This document shows, piece by piece, positions 26,301-39,045 of a stretch of DNA of 64,000 bases. Positions within the stretch are counted from its first letter, which is position 1. Every line of letters begins with the position of its first letter. The translations under genes and the position numbers were made by a program. The stretch is from Eledone cirrhosa. Taxonomy: Eukaryota. Below the pieces are notes generated by a model. It had not been told where the DNA came from, ran no database searches, and worked only from the letters and a program-made list of their open reading frames with translations. The DNA is taken from contig OZ024741.1 in NCBI GenBank assembly GCA_964016885.1, positions 324,198,001-324,262,000 on the forward strand. Direction: 5' to 3'.

Positions 26301-27555
26301 GAAATGGAAAGACACATCCAACACTTTATCAACCGCTTGCAGCTCTCTGGCTACAACCAAAGAAACAGAATGAGAGTATACGAAGGAGCCACGGAGAAGT
26401 ATAAGACCCTCATAGAACTGGACATGAAAGGAATTTGCCCATTATACAGGAACAAATCATGGAATAGCTTAGATAGGACTAGACATAAGATAGGGAAAGC
26501 CACCTCATGGTTTGACAACCTGAGATACCAGAGTGTCATGTTTGTGGACGCTACCCCTGGAGGCAAATTAGCTAACCAGTGTAGAAAGGCCCTGAGAAAG
26601 ACCCACTTAAGATTAAGGTGGTGGAAAAGCCAGGAACCACCATAAAATCCCTCATCAGCAAAACCTACCCTTTTAAGAAAACCCACTGTACTAATAGGAA
26701 CTGTATTATATGTAAATTAAACCCCCGGATAAACTGTAAAACTAGAAACATAGTCTATAGCATAAGATGTACAAAGGGTACTTGCAGAAACATGACAACA
26801 ACATACATAGGCGAGACATCTCGTAGCATAGGTGAAAGGATAGACCAACACTGGGGGGAACTAAAAGGACAAAAAATGGTTCAGTACTATAGGAACATGC
26901 CAGACAACAACACCCAACATAGACAACATAGAAATTAGAATAATATCTAAACATAGAAATGACCCAGCAGATAGGCAAATCTGAGAGGCCAGTGAAATAG
27001 AACTTAGAAGGCCAAGGCTAAACAGGAAAAATGAATGGAATAACAACAACACCCAAACAAACAATACTGACTTAAGAGAAGTATAAATAAATAAATAAAT
27101 ACATACACAAGCACAATAACAACAAACGCATATAAACACACACTAGTAAACTAAGGTAGAATACAGTAACCAATACAAAGTCACCCAAATACGAACACAC
27201 ATCAAACACTATACACACACGCAAACGCATGCGCAGAGAAGACAAAAAAAAAATAAACAGAGTAAATAAAGATGGCGTAGGCATACAATACAACAGGAGG
27301 AAACATAATAGCACCACTGACGATGTTGCAGATGTGCAACGAAAGGACTTTGTTAGACTATATATGTGTTTGTGTCTATATTATATCTGTATTTTTACTG
27401 TTGGTCAGTCAATGGTAACACTGAGGGCCGAATAAATTAAATTAACCAATATAAAAGACACAGAAGCGAAAACCAACCAAACAGTGAGTGTGTTCTGTTA
27501 TTAATTCTGGCAATATTATTACACAAATATGACCCTCCCCAAGTATAACAATATT
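23386..27555 (+). mobile_element. Penelope-like element, near full length, probably Naiad-type, frameshifted
   Basis: TDKSG motif, GSMDVVSLYPSI, IGVSIAGDVANLFM, YSRYVDD, DYPSKH..RL.VLD, Cys cluster and GIY-YIG (IVYSIRC...YIGETSRS). Terminal direct repeat 23386-23447 = 27496-27555 (pseudo-LTR). Confidence 0.88.
27308..27362 (+). ncRNA. Hammerhead ribozyme-like motif in Penelope pseudo-LTR
   Basis: CTGACGA-T-GTTGCA gatg TGCAAC-GAAA, minimal stem III, bulged stem I. Confidence 0.6.
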
Positions 27556-27628
27556 TATATAAATATGTATATATATATGTTTATATATATATGATTGTAT
27601 ACACCCCCCCCCCCCACACACACACACT

Positions 27629-27668
<40 letters not shown>

Positions 27669-28980
27669 CGGACATATACATGTATATCTGTCTGGGGAGA
27701 GAAGGAGTAGTTGCGCCGGAAAGAAAATGAGAGAAAGGAAAATGTGAATGAGAGAAATATTAAGTGAAAACTACATAGAGAGATAAGCGAGTAGAGAATG
27801 CCATTCAAGGAAAATATTAATCTCACATACAACAGACAGTAAATGAAACACCGTCAGATAACACGACATCAACAACAACAGCAAATATATCAACAACAAA
27901 ACTAACTAGTACCACAATAGAACCGAGTATTGAAACATCATCACAAAAAATGGCGAAAGAAATAAAACTGAGAAATGTAACCATTTACTTTCCATAACAA
28001 ACACAAATACAATTTCGTTTGTCTTTATTTGGAAAGGTGGCGCCACCTAGGCGTCACAGATTGTTCTCAATTGTCGTGTGGAAATCATTTAACGATCGTA
28101 TAGTGAAAGTATTTTGTATAAACTTCTTGTTTCTTGTTCGTAATGTGTTGGGGATAAATTGTGTAATGGCGGTGCAGGAGCTGATAGCTAGATAGCTAGT
28201 TACTATATAGGTGACGGTTATGCAATTTACTGAACGGTTGCTGGTTGTCGTCGTTTACAGTAGTTTCAGTTTTGTTTTGTGGTGGTGACGTTATGTAGTG
28301 AAGTGGTCGAGCTGGTGTTACATAGATCTATAATGATGTCTATAGTGGTAAAGGTGTAATTTTGTATGGCTACGTGGCGACTTTAGTGTTGGTACTGCAG
28401 GTGTATAGGCCTGTTGTAGTGGTTTATGTCACAGGCCATATAATTTTGCCCCTTGCTGTAATTAACACTCTACCATTCTGTCATACTTGTTTAGAAAAGC
28501 TGGAAGTCCGAGCTGCGCTAAATGATTTGTGATATTTAGTTATATATTTTTGGTTGCCTCTTGATTTACCATTTCTTGATCCTTTTCTCACACATGACTT
28601 GCATTCCATTTTGTATATAGTGCAGCGGAAAAAAGGAAACAAAAAAGAAAAGGTTTCTGGTTATGGCCAGCAATGCTCATGCAACACGTGTAACATATTT
28701 AGGTCAAGTTATGCCTGTACCAGAAACCTGTTTAAGTAAAAAGATGCCATGCACTGCACCAATCCCACTCTCTGCATGACAGTGACAGTAAAAAAAAGAA
28801 TACATCAACATCATTGGCTGCCATCGAGTAGCAAGTTTTATATAAGACATTTTATTCACCTAGAGTGATGTTCTAACAAGGACCAGGGCTCTTGTCCGCG
28901 TAAGGTTACATATTTACATACATACATATTTACATACATGCACACAGACTTACACGCATACACATACATGCACACACATA

Positions 28981-29031
<51 letters not shown>

Positions 29032-29083
29032 GACGTAAAATAAGAAAATTTTAAAAATTAAAAATTAACTTACTAAAATTTTC

Positions 29084-29165
29084 ACTCCAACTAATTAGTT
29101 TCTGTAATGGGATAATTATAGTTACACAATGTAACTATCGAGAATTCATTACGTCATCAGGGAGT
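29084..29165 (-). ncRNA. Type I hammerhead ribozyme with extended stem II
   Basis: Minus strand: ACTCC-CTGATGA-c-GTAATG...CATTAC-a-GAAA-CTAATTAG-TT-GGAGT. Perfect 5-bp stem I, palindromic stem III. Confidence 0.75.
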
Positions 29166-29614
29166 CTATTCTCAGCTAAGTTCCCAGGCAATGCGCGGAC
29201 ACTAGGAACCCATATAAAAATAATAATTCAGTGGATGTAATAAGCTAGCGGGGACTAAATTCCATAGCACTGAAAAAGTTCACTGCCTCTGGTCAGTGGT
29301 GGATTCTAAAGAATCAATCACGTGACACTGAGGTTAGTCAGTTAGGAGTGGGGTGGTATTATGACAAGAGCCTACTACTACTACTATGAATTAGCAGTAG
29401 ATTTGGCAAGTTTGCTCAAAAAATAATTTGGAGATAAATATAGAGAATTAATACATCTACCAACATATGCGTACAGATGTACACTAATACTAGTAAATAT
29501 ATAAGTTATGTCAAAGTACCTAGGTGGTTCAATGCAGGGAGATGCAGAACAATTATATGAAAGACGTAAAATAAGAACATTTACCCATATATATATATAT
29601 ATATATATATATAC

Positions 29615-29685
<71 letters not shown>

Positions 29686-29984
29686 GAGAGAGAGAGAGAG
29701 AGAAAACAATAATAGTAACAAGAACTAAACAAGCGACGAATGAAACAAGAAATGAAGTCAGAAGTAGCAGGAAATAGAAAGCGAATTTTGGTTGACATAA
29801 GAGCGGCTGCTGCTGTTTTTATAGCTGATCTGTTGTTTTTAACTTGGCATACTCGACGTTGTCACCATGTATTTGATGTGTTGCTGCTGTGGTGACAATT
29901 AATATCTGGGCAACAGCAGTATTGTTTGCCTAAGGTAGTTCTAGCTTGTTTCTACTACTAATTGCTCTAAATGAATAACTACAC

Positions 29985-30310
29985 ACAATGGTAGAGATGG
30001 CGGTAGTGGCAGTTGTTGTTGGCAGTGTTTGTAGTGGTGTTGGTGATAAAGTTAGTGGTAGTAGATTTAGTGATGGTGGTAATAGAGTTGGTGATGGTGG
30101 TACTGGTGGTAGGGTTGGTGGTGGTGGTAAAGTTGGTGGTGGTGGTGGTAGATATGGTGGTGGTAAGGTTGGTGGTGGTGGTAGGGTTGGTGGCGGTGGT
30201 GGTAGATATGGTGGTGGTAAAGTTGGTGGTGGTAGGGTCGGTGGTGGTGGTGGTGGTGGTGGTAGATAGGGTGGTGGAAAAGTTGGTGATGGTAGGGTTG
30301 GTGGTGGCAC
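29985..30310 (+). repeat. Degenerate (GGT)n-based minisatellite
   Basis: Recurrent units such as GGTGGTGGTAGGGTT / AAAGTT / AGATAT. Confidence 0.9.
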
Positions 30311-30624
30311 TTTTCTCACAAACCCATTCTTCTCACCTTCGAGTTTTTCTTCCGATCAAACCGCTCTTTCCTGCAATTACCTCCCCTCTTACCACCTAGC
30401 TCCTCGCATCAATTATCTCCTCTCCCGACCAACCCACTATTCTCACCAACTAATTCCTCGCCCGATTAACTCCCGATAAATCCACTCTTTTTCATTGACT
30501 AACTCTCACGTACAAATAGCTATTTATCCGTTCGACTACATTTCCTATTCTCTACACTAAGCAGTAATTTAGATTTAGATTCTTTTATTTTGATATCGCC
30601 GTTGCTGATATTTTTCAATATTTG

Positions 30625-30667
<43 letters not shown>

Positions 30668-30820
30668 CTTCTTCTTCTTCTTCTTCTTCTTCTTCTTCTT
30701 CTTCTTCTTCTTCTTCTTCTTCTTCTTCTTCTTCTTCTTCTTCTTCTTCTTCTTCTTCTTCTTCTTCTTCTTCTTCTTCTTCTTCTTCTTCTTCTTCTTC
30801 TTCTTCTTCTTCTTCTTCTC
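30625..30820 (+). repeat. (GTT)n(TTC)n compound microsatellite
   Basis: Direct reading. Confidence 0.97.
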
Positions 30821-31191
30821 CACCACTACCATTTGTATTACTGCCCTCTCTACCATGGCGCGTAGTTAGTGATTAAGAGCAATTAATAATAGCAAAAAAT
30901 CTGGAATTATCTCAGTCAACCCCGAGCGTTTTACTTGTCACCACAACAGCAATGCATCAAGTATCTCATGGTTCCAACAACTACAACAATAATATATTGT
31001 ACTGTGGTACTCATTATCGCGACTTCAATACTAAGCGTATATGACACACACATACAGACACACACACACAACTATACACACACACACACACACACACACA
31101 TACACACACACATACAGACACACACACACACATACAGACACACACACACACATACACACACACACACACATACATACACCCAAACACAACT

Positions 31192-31580
<389 letters not shown>

Positions 31581-31655
31581 ATCTGTTGTAATGTATATTC
31601 TTCTTCTTCTTCTTCTTCAGAAGAAGAAGAAGAAGAAGAACAGATATACAATACA

Positions 31656-32560
31656 TATTTATGACCTATGGGGAAGTGTCTATCTAAGAGGGCTAGAAAT
31701 TTCTAGCCCTCTTAGATAGATATTTCCCCATAGGTCATAAATACCGCTCCATCTTTAACCGACACAAAGTTAAACTAGGATACTCCTGCGCTAAGAATAT
31801 GAAGGCCCACATCACCAGCAGCCCTAGGAGCAACAGCCCACCAGGGTGCTCTTGCTGTAAGCCTGAAGCTTTCCCTCTTCAACAGCAATGCAACACACCA
31901 GCTGTAATCTATGAATCTGTAGTCACTTCCAACCGACCAAACGAACCACAGGAGATCAAATCCTATATAGGCATGGCGGAGGGCCAATTAAAGGAGCGTT
32001 TCCTGAACCACCAGTCTACCTTCAGATACCCGGACAGACGTTCATCTACGAAACTCGCGAGCCACGTATGGTCCCTCAAGGACTCAAGTATAGGCTACTC
32101 CATTCAATGGAAAGCCATCACTAAGTTCAAGCCATACGCAAGGGGAAATCCGACGTGTGGCTTATGTATTGACGAACGAATAACTATCCTAAAGAGATTA
32201 CGCAATAGTGATTGCCTAAACACGAGAAGTGAATTTTTCACACATTGTCCACACGTCACCAAACATCTATTGCATAACTACAAGGCTCCGGACTGATTCT
32301 TTGTAATTTTATTTTGTGTGTGTGTGTGTGGTGTGTGTGTACATATACATCAACCTACACATATATGTGTATATATATACATATATTTATGGCTGAATGA
32401 ATACCCACGTGTGTTTTTTTCTCAATTTTCTTGTTCCATCCTCTCCCAACTCTGGATTTTTCTATTTCATCTTTTACTCCTCATAGTATTTTCTGATGAA
32501 GGTATTGTCCGAAACGTTAGTACTCTTTTCCTAATATTTCAAGTGTTAAACTAATATATT
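31656..32560 (+). mobile_element. Penelope-like 3' fragment (GIY-YIG endonuclease) with 5' foldback
   Basis: ORF 31799-32296: CSC..FPL...C..PAVIYES...SYIGMAEG..KERF.NH...CGLC..E..LNTRSE...CPH. Hammerhead core CTGATGA...GAAACGT at 32493-32517. Confidence 0.88.
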
Positions 32561-33035
32561 TTTTCATTGCACTATGTCGTTTGGTTTATCATTTCTGTTT
32601 ACTTTATTCGGAACACTGCCTACAGATCAAAACCATAGAAACTGAAGCTTCTATCTCGATGAAGGCCTCCCTATTGCCCCTGTATGATAATGACCAGTTG
32701 TCTGCATGGTGCATCGGAAACAGCGCTCAGACTAGAATGTAGAGTATGTAGCCTCGAACCCACTTTTCTTATCCGTCTTTGCTTAATTTCTTTTTACTAT
32801 TTCCTTTTCTTCTTTACCTTCTCTTTCTTTTTCGTGTCTTTATTGTATTTATATTATATGGTTTTTATCACATTTACTCTTTAGTTTTAAGAAAGTCGTT
32901 AGAAAGTGGAAACAATACACTTTTACTTTACATTTCATGATATATCGGGATTAGGATTCCTGTAAATATATAGAACTTAATATTACTTAAATACGACCAT
33001 TATGGATTTTAGTGTAACCAGAAAGAACGAGCGAA

Positions 33036-33194
<159 letters not shown>

Positions 33195-33248
33195 CCTACA
33201 TATATATATATATATATAAAGAGAGAAAGAGAAAGAGAGACAGAGAGC

Positions 33249-33363
<115 letters not shown>

Positions 33364-33799
33364 ATATATATAGAGAGAGAGATAGAGACTTTACAAAACG
33401 TTACGCTCACAAAACAGGTGTGGATTAATTAGCATATTTACAAAAAATAAATTTCTGAGGTTAATTACTAATTAACCTCAATGATTTATTTTTCAAATTG
33501 TGTAGAGAGTTCTGTGTCTGGGGACGTGGGGTGGAAATAATTAATTGCTGCTGTTGCTGTTGCTGCTGTTGTTGATTTATTAAGTGTTGTTCTAATGTAA
33601 AAATAATTAATTATGCAGAGTGGTGGAAAAAAACTGCTGGTAATAGTCTGATGAGGTAATGGACGATAAAGTTAAAAGAGATCTGTCAACACAAAGACGC
33701 TTCGCCCTCGAGGAATCACACCAAGTTTGACAACCAAAAATTTGAAAAAAATGATAAACATGAAAATAAGGTCCCGGCACTTCGGGTCTTGTTACCTTT

Positions 33800-34630
33800 A
33801 CAGATACAATGAAATAATATCGCTGTAACTGCCATCACGCCACTTAGAATATTCTTAGCATTTATTTTGGCTGTTCGTCATAACCCTTATTTAGGCTATC
33901 CATTACGTTGGCTAACCATGACCGTCTCCCGAATGTTACCACATCAAACGTTAGTGACACCTCATCCATGTTTTCGATCGTAGTTAGTCTCTTTTCTCGT
34001 ACTGATTATGAAACTGTAAAATTCAATTATTTTGTCATCATAATGTTCAGGTATTTTTTGTGCTTTCTTATTTTCATTCTCGTTGCCAGTCCGCGCCGTT
34101 TCAAAAAACTGTAGCAGCAACTTGATGTGCCACGAAAATCATCTAGACGCCGTGCTACTGCGGTCACTTTGGTTCATTATTAATCGTTTCTGTTGATATA
34201 ACAAGACCCGAATTTCTCTCCGCAACTATTCAGTCCTTCATCTCTTGCTCCAGTTCTGGCCACTTAGCTGCAAACTGATGCAGGTTACGTTTAAGTCTTT
34301 ATGCAGGCTTCAACAGGTCCTCTTCTTTCCTCCATCGTAGCAGATCATTTTCTCAGTTGGAGGTACCCCAATATGCCTCTCTCCAGCCCTCTTTCCATGT
34401 GTTTTGGCATATTCAATCACTTCTCGCTTGTAGCCGATTGTGTAAAAGTGTCAACTCCTTGAGGTTTCCCTAATACCGGCAGTGCTAAAGATTTAAAGTC
34501 AAATCTTCTGAAGTTACGGATCACTCCTAACGTCAGCAGCTCAAGGTTTGAACTGGTTAAGACCATGGCTTTCATATAACAAGGAGGAAGCCTATGTTGC
34601 TGACTGAATGCAACACGTTTCATCATAGAA
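33800..34630 (-). mobile_element. pogo/Tigger-like DNA transposase remnant
   Basis: Manual translation across frameshifts gives VIEYAKTHGKRAGERHIG.PPTEKMI..WRK (Brinker-type HTH), KWPELEQEMKD*I...RNSGLV (CENP-B HTH) and FLKRRGL...KAQKIPEHY. Confidence 0.7.
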
Positions 34631-35111
34631 AATGAGAAAGTGGTCACGGCAGTCTTGTTATGAATATTTGCAGCTAAACTCTTTTAACATACCGCAGTTT
34701 TACGTGTTTTGTCACTTAATAACGTTCCTTTAAAATCGTGTTGTTTGAAGGGAGTGAAAATACATGCAATATTCATACACAACATGTAAAATATCACTCG
34801 CGTGTTGCCTCATCTAACATAATCTGTTCATACGGGAATGAACTTTTGTTTATTTACTACTTTAACTAAGTAGATTTGATATCGGAACGTAAAGTTCACC
34901 GTTATCCAACAAGTTCTCGAGATGCAGCAGAGATATGCTGTCCAGATGAGGTTATAGTATTATTCTTTTCTTAATATATTTTTCTTAACTACTTATACTT
35001 GACTTTTAGGAAGATATAGATAGTCTAATGACATGTAACATGCAGTAGAAGTTATGAAAATAAAATATGAACAATCTGCATGAAAATTGTCTACATAAAG
35101 AAATTTAAAAA

Positions 35112-35183
35112 TGCGTCGGCCGGGAGTCGAACCCGGATCGACTGCTTGGAAGGCAACCATGCTAACCGTTACACCACCGACGC
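35112..35183 (-). tRNA. tRNA-Gly-TCC: tRNA-Gly(TCC)
   Basis: GCGTCGGTGGTGTAACGGTTAGCATGGTTGCCTTCCAAGCAGTCGATCCGGGTTCGACTCCCGGCCGACGCA. Perfect acceptor stem, A/B boxes, TTTTT terminator directly downstream. Confidence 0.95.
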
Positions 35184-35515
35184 TTCATACGAAGTTCGTA
35201 ATGATTTAAAGATACTGAACTATACAAAATCCTCGTTTCTACCAAAGCTGCTGCTTTAAGTTTTCTCTGAATCCAGTCAAGGTTTCTCTTATCATTGCTC
35301 TCTGACGTCAGGGCTCATGGCACACAAGTTGAACTGATGTAGTAGAATTTGATACTTTTTCACCTCTGTCCTTTCCCTCTTTTAATTGAATTATATATAA
35401 AAAAAGAAATAGAATTTGAATTTGAACAAAAGGAAGACGATAGCCTTCAAAACACAGCATAGCTTAGTCAGGTCGTTTGCTTGCAAACGAATCGAATATT
35501 ATTATTATTCGATAT

Positions 35516-35700
35516 GGACTGGTGGATTGGCAGTATCGGTAGGGGATCGGATGCCATGCTTTGACGCATTGAGTTACAGCCCTTGCCATTCTAATTTCAA
35601 ATCCGGCAGAGGTTAACTTTGCCTTTCATCCTTACGGGGTCGATAAAATAAAGTACCAGTAATGTACTGGCCTTGTGCCAAAAAGTAGAAACAATTATTA
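35516..35700 (+). mobile_element. Nin-domain tRNA-SINE with 15-bp TSD
   Basis: TSD ATTATTATTCGATAT at 35501-35515 and 35694-35708. Confidence 0.9.
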
Positions 35701-35781
35701 TTCGATATAACCCATACTTACATTTAAAAAAAGAAATGTTATGATTGAAAAGAGAAAACACCTCCATGGAAAAACTAAAGT

Positions 35782-35853
35782 TGCCTCGACCCGTAGTCGA
35801 ACCCGGGTCGACTGCTTGGAAGGCGACCATGCTAACCGTTACACCACAGACGT
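35782..35853 (-). pseudogene. tRNA-Gly(TCC) pseudogene
   Basis: Copy of the 35112 gene with several acceptor-stem and T-stem mismatches (ACGTCTG/TCGAGGC); anticodon retained. Confidence 0.85.
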
Positions 35854-36604
35854 CCTTTCGTGATGACGAATCATTTAATGATTCTAAACTATATATAATT
35901 TGTGTGTCTATCAACGCTACTGTTTTAATTCTTTTGCTATATTCAACCATTTTTTCTCCTTTTTCTCCCTGTATGATACATAGATATGTTAGAGTATTTT
36001 ACACAAGCATCAATGTATGTTTATTCATTACATATGTGTAAATGTCTATGTATATGTGCGAGATTGTGTATATATGTGTGTGCGTGTGTTTATAAGAGAA
36101 TTAACTACTAATCCTTTCTGAAAAGCAACTGTATGTCTTGTATATTTTGCGCGTATGTAGAGAATGTATTCGTGAAATCAAAAGAGTCCTTATGCAATGT
36201 GTTGTATCATTTAAGGATATTGAAACCCTGCATCTCTCAGAGACAAATCACCAAATTTGAGGTGTCTTCTAACTGACCTGTCACTCTAGATTGAATTTGA
36301 TGTAGAAATACCATGAATTTCTCCCTCTGACTATGCTGAGGAAACTGAGAGCAAGTAGAGAAATCTCTCGATAAACCCCGTTTTTATATTATCCTTCTCA
36401 TTTATGGCGGGATTTGATTTCTGAACGTAAAGTACACCGTTTTATATGAAGTTCACAAGGTGTAGCAGAGATATGTTTTCCAACTGACGGTGTAGATTTC
36501 TTCTTTTCTTAATATATATTTCTCAACTACTTATACAGGAGTTTAGATTACTGTCTAGCATAGATAACCTTTCTCTGGAGTTAAGATATGCATATGAGAA
36601 ACGC

Positions 36605-36688
36605 ATCCTTCGGCCTTCAAGACGCATGGTATATTTTCGAGACTTATTTCAGAAAGAAATAGCGTCTTCGACGCCGGGAAATACGGTA
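36605..36688. mobile_element. Isolated Tc1/mariner-pogo-type terminus
   Basis: Ends ...GCGTCTTCGACGCCGGGAAATACGG-TA, with internal AAGACGC/GCGTCTT motif typical of TACCGTATTT-type TIRs. Confidence 0.5.
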
Positions 36689-36792
36689 GGCAATGTTCAA
36701 CAAATGTTTGGCAGTCTGTCTAATTTAGAAATCATTATTAACTAACACACTGGCCTTGTGTCTAAAGTAGAAACAATTATTAACTAACACAA

Positions 36793-36986
36793 GGGCGGTG
36801 GATTGGCAGTATCGGTAGAGAGTCGGACGCCATGCTTTGAAGCATAGAGTTACCTCTCTTTATGATCTGAGTTCAAATCCCGCCGAGGTTAACTTTGCCT
36901 TTCATCCTTACGGGGTCGATAAAATAAAGTACCAGTAATGCACTGGGATAATTGCTGGCCTTGTGCCAAAAGTAGAAATAATTATT
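36793..36986 (+). mobile_element. Nin-domain tRNA-SINE, full length
   Basis: Pol III A/B boxes and GCCTTTCATCCTTACGGGGTCGATAAAATAAAGTACCAG core; flanked by ATTATTAACTAACACA repeats. Confidence 0.9.
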
Positions 36987-37032
36987 AACTAACACACTGG
37001 CCTAAAGTAGAAACAATTATTAACTAACACAA

Positions 37033-37240
37033 GGGCTGTGGATTGGCAGTATCGGTAGAGGGTCGGACGCCATGCTTTGACGCATAGAGTTACGGCCTTT
37101 ATGATCTGAGTTCAAATCCCGCCGAGGTTAACTTTGCCTTTCCGCCTTACGGGGTCGATAAAATAAAGTAACAGTCACGCACGATTTAATCGACTTTCTC
37201 CTTCCCCAAAATTGCTGGTCGTGTGCCTATATAAGAAACC
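37033..37240 (+). mobile_element. Nin-domain tRNA-SINE with alternative longer 3' region
   Basis: Same head and core; tail ...CCCCAAAATTGCTGGTCGTGTGCCTATATAAGAAACC. Confidence 0.85.
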
Positions 37241-37845
37241 AAAGACTCTTTTCAGTTCTCCCGTTCATAAGAACCATTCACATCAGTTTGAAATTACAAG
37301 TTTCTAGAATATATAAATTGCTTCTATGTGGTCGTTTGCCCTGCTAGAAGTAGTAGCCAAAGATTTTTCAAGATTTGGCTGCTATACTAACAACAGAGCA
37401 CACACTACAGTCTTTTAGAAGACGAATTATATGATGATATAGTTGCATACACTCGGTGAAAGCAATCAGCGCAGTCATGGAGCTAAATAACCAAAAAAAC
37501 TACGAAAAGATAATGGATGGAAATATATTAATGAATTGCATTAGGTGTGTCTTTTAATTACCTTTTCTTAAAATATCGAAATCGGTCGGATATAAAGCTG
37601 AATTGTTACTACTACTACTACTACTACTACTACAATGAATATTGCTGTGTTAGGCAATGGTTGATTCGGCAAGTCTGCCGGAATAAATGACTTAATTCGG
37701 TAAGCAACCAATTTTCCCATTCCTCACCCAATACTGATGGTGTGTTTGGCCTATAACACAAAAATTACCTTATCCTTCGTAGCATTCTGCCGATAATTTT
37801 AGTGCGATAATTATTTAATTATTTCTATGTGACGTTTCTTTCCAG

Positions 37846-37977
37846 GTGCCTTTTTACTCCCGTATATTTTATCACTCATTTTCTTGGGAATTCCTTACGT
37901 TTTCATGGAAATATCAATCGGACAGTTTGCCGGACTCGGACCGTTAAGTATCTGGAAAGCCAGCCCAGCTTTTAAAG
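37846..37977 (+). CDS. Internal exon of an SLC6 (NSS) transporter, TM2 region
   Basis: ttccag|...|gtaa, 132 nt, phase 1-1. Translates (G)AFLLPYILSLIFLGIPYVFMEISIGQFAGLGPLSIWKASPAFK(G), the hallmark SLC6 exon. Confidence 0.95.
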
Positions 37978-38451
37978 GTAACATTATCTTAATATTACTA
38001 TTTCCCCTAAATCCTGTCAAAATAGATCTTTACTTCCCATTAAGTTCTAATTTCAAAATATGTTGCAATCTTCTTTATGTTCATTCCTCTAGTATCAGAA
38101 ACCCACCCACTAGAAAGTCTACAACTCTCATTCACAAACAAGTATGACTTTGTAGTATGTATCATGCTGATGTAAGGATTTTACGTATTCTATGCAGTCA
38201 GGAGAAGACACAGTCATCCTCTGGACCCATCCTTCCTTGGTCTAGCGGAAGATCAAGGATATCAGCTGGAAGGAGAGTGGTCTGTATCAGCATTGTGTTG
38301 CTATGTTCTTTATCGATTCTTAAAAGACGAAAGGCAAAGGGAACTTTGGTAGTATTTGAGACCTGAATGCAAAAATCCGAGACATATATCCAACGCTCTA
38401 ACGACACAGGCAAGTCGATCGCTTTACTCGTTTAAGTAAAATACTGAATAT

Positions 38452-38575
38452 GTAATAATTGCTTCTACTTTTGGCACAAGGCCAGCATTACCCCAGCAAT
38501 ACCCCAGTACATTACTGGTGCTTTATTTTATCGACACCCTCAGGATGAGGACCATAACTCTATACTGCCAAGCCA
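38452..38575 (-). mobile_element. Nin-domain SINE, internally deleted
   Basis: Reverse complement of SINE tail and core (CTACTTTTGGCACAAGGCCAGC...TTTATTTTATCGAC). Confidence 0.75.
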
Positions 38576-38859
38576 ATGTAATAATTATCCTGTTGGTTGT
38601 GCTGGGCCTGCGAGTTTTGTTGGGGTTTTTTCTTGGTTTTAATTGCTAATAACCAGATGGTGATGAGTTGGCAGCTCAGCCTCTTACTTAACACGAACGT
38701 CCAGCATAGAATTGAAGAGATCAGAAGCAATGGCAAATTCAGTTATTGATCTCTGTTCTCGGCTTCCTTTATACCATGTGTATATATGGATATCTTTGTG
38801 GTGGAAGTCTGAAAGGGAAATGGTTCAAGACAAAAATGAAGGATCAATGAGTTCTTCCT

Positions 38860-39045
38860 TAACAGGCCAGCAATTGCGGAATGAAGGAGAAATTCGATTA
38901 TGTATTGACTCCAATACTTTCTCCCTACTTTATTTTGTCAGTTCCGGAAGGATGAAAGGCAAATCTTACCTCGACTGTACTTGAACTCAAAACGTAAAAG
39001 AAACTTGCATTTGTGTAATATTCTAACAATTCTACCATTCCATCT
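38860..39045 (-). mobile_element. Older SINE copy of the same superfamily
   Basis: GGAAGGATGAAAGGCAAA...CTCGAC...TTGAACTCA matches the reverse complement of core and B-box. Confidence 0.6.

Noticed and set aside
25810-26990. In-frame TGA codons in the Naiad-like element as selenocysteine (some Naiads are selenoproteins)
   Set aside because: The TGAs seen replace a conserved Gly (GGA) in the RT motif and probably Arg (CGA) in RQI*EA, not Cys; they look like ordinary decay.
28034-28054. Palindromic AGGTGGCGCCACCT resembling a CTCF site
   Set aside because: Single partial motif match with no supporting context.
29930-30399. Extensin-like Pro-rich or Gly-rich ORFs
   Set aside because: Translation of a GGT minisatellite with no splice or start context.
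33645-33730. CTGATGAG as another hammerhead
   Set aside because: No suitably placed GAAA or closing stems found.
36734-37031. CRISPR-like repeat-spacer pattern
   Set aside because: Eukaryotic context; the spacers are SINE pieces and the repeats are target-site duplications.
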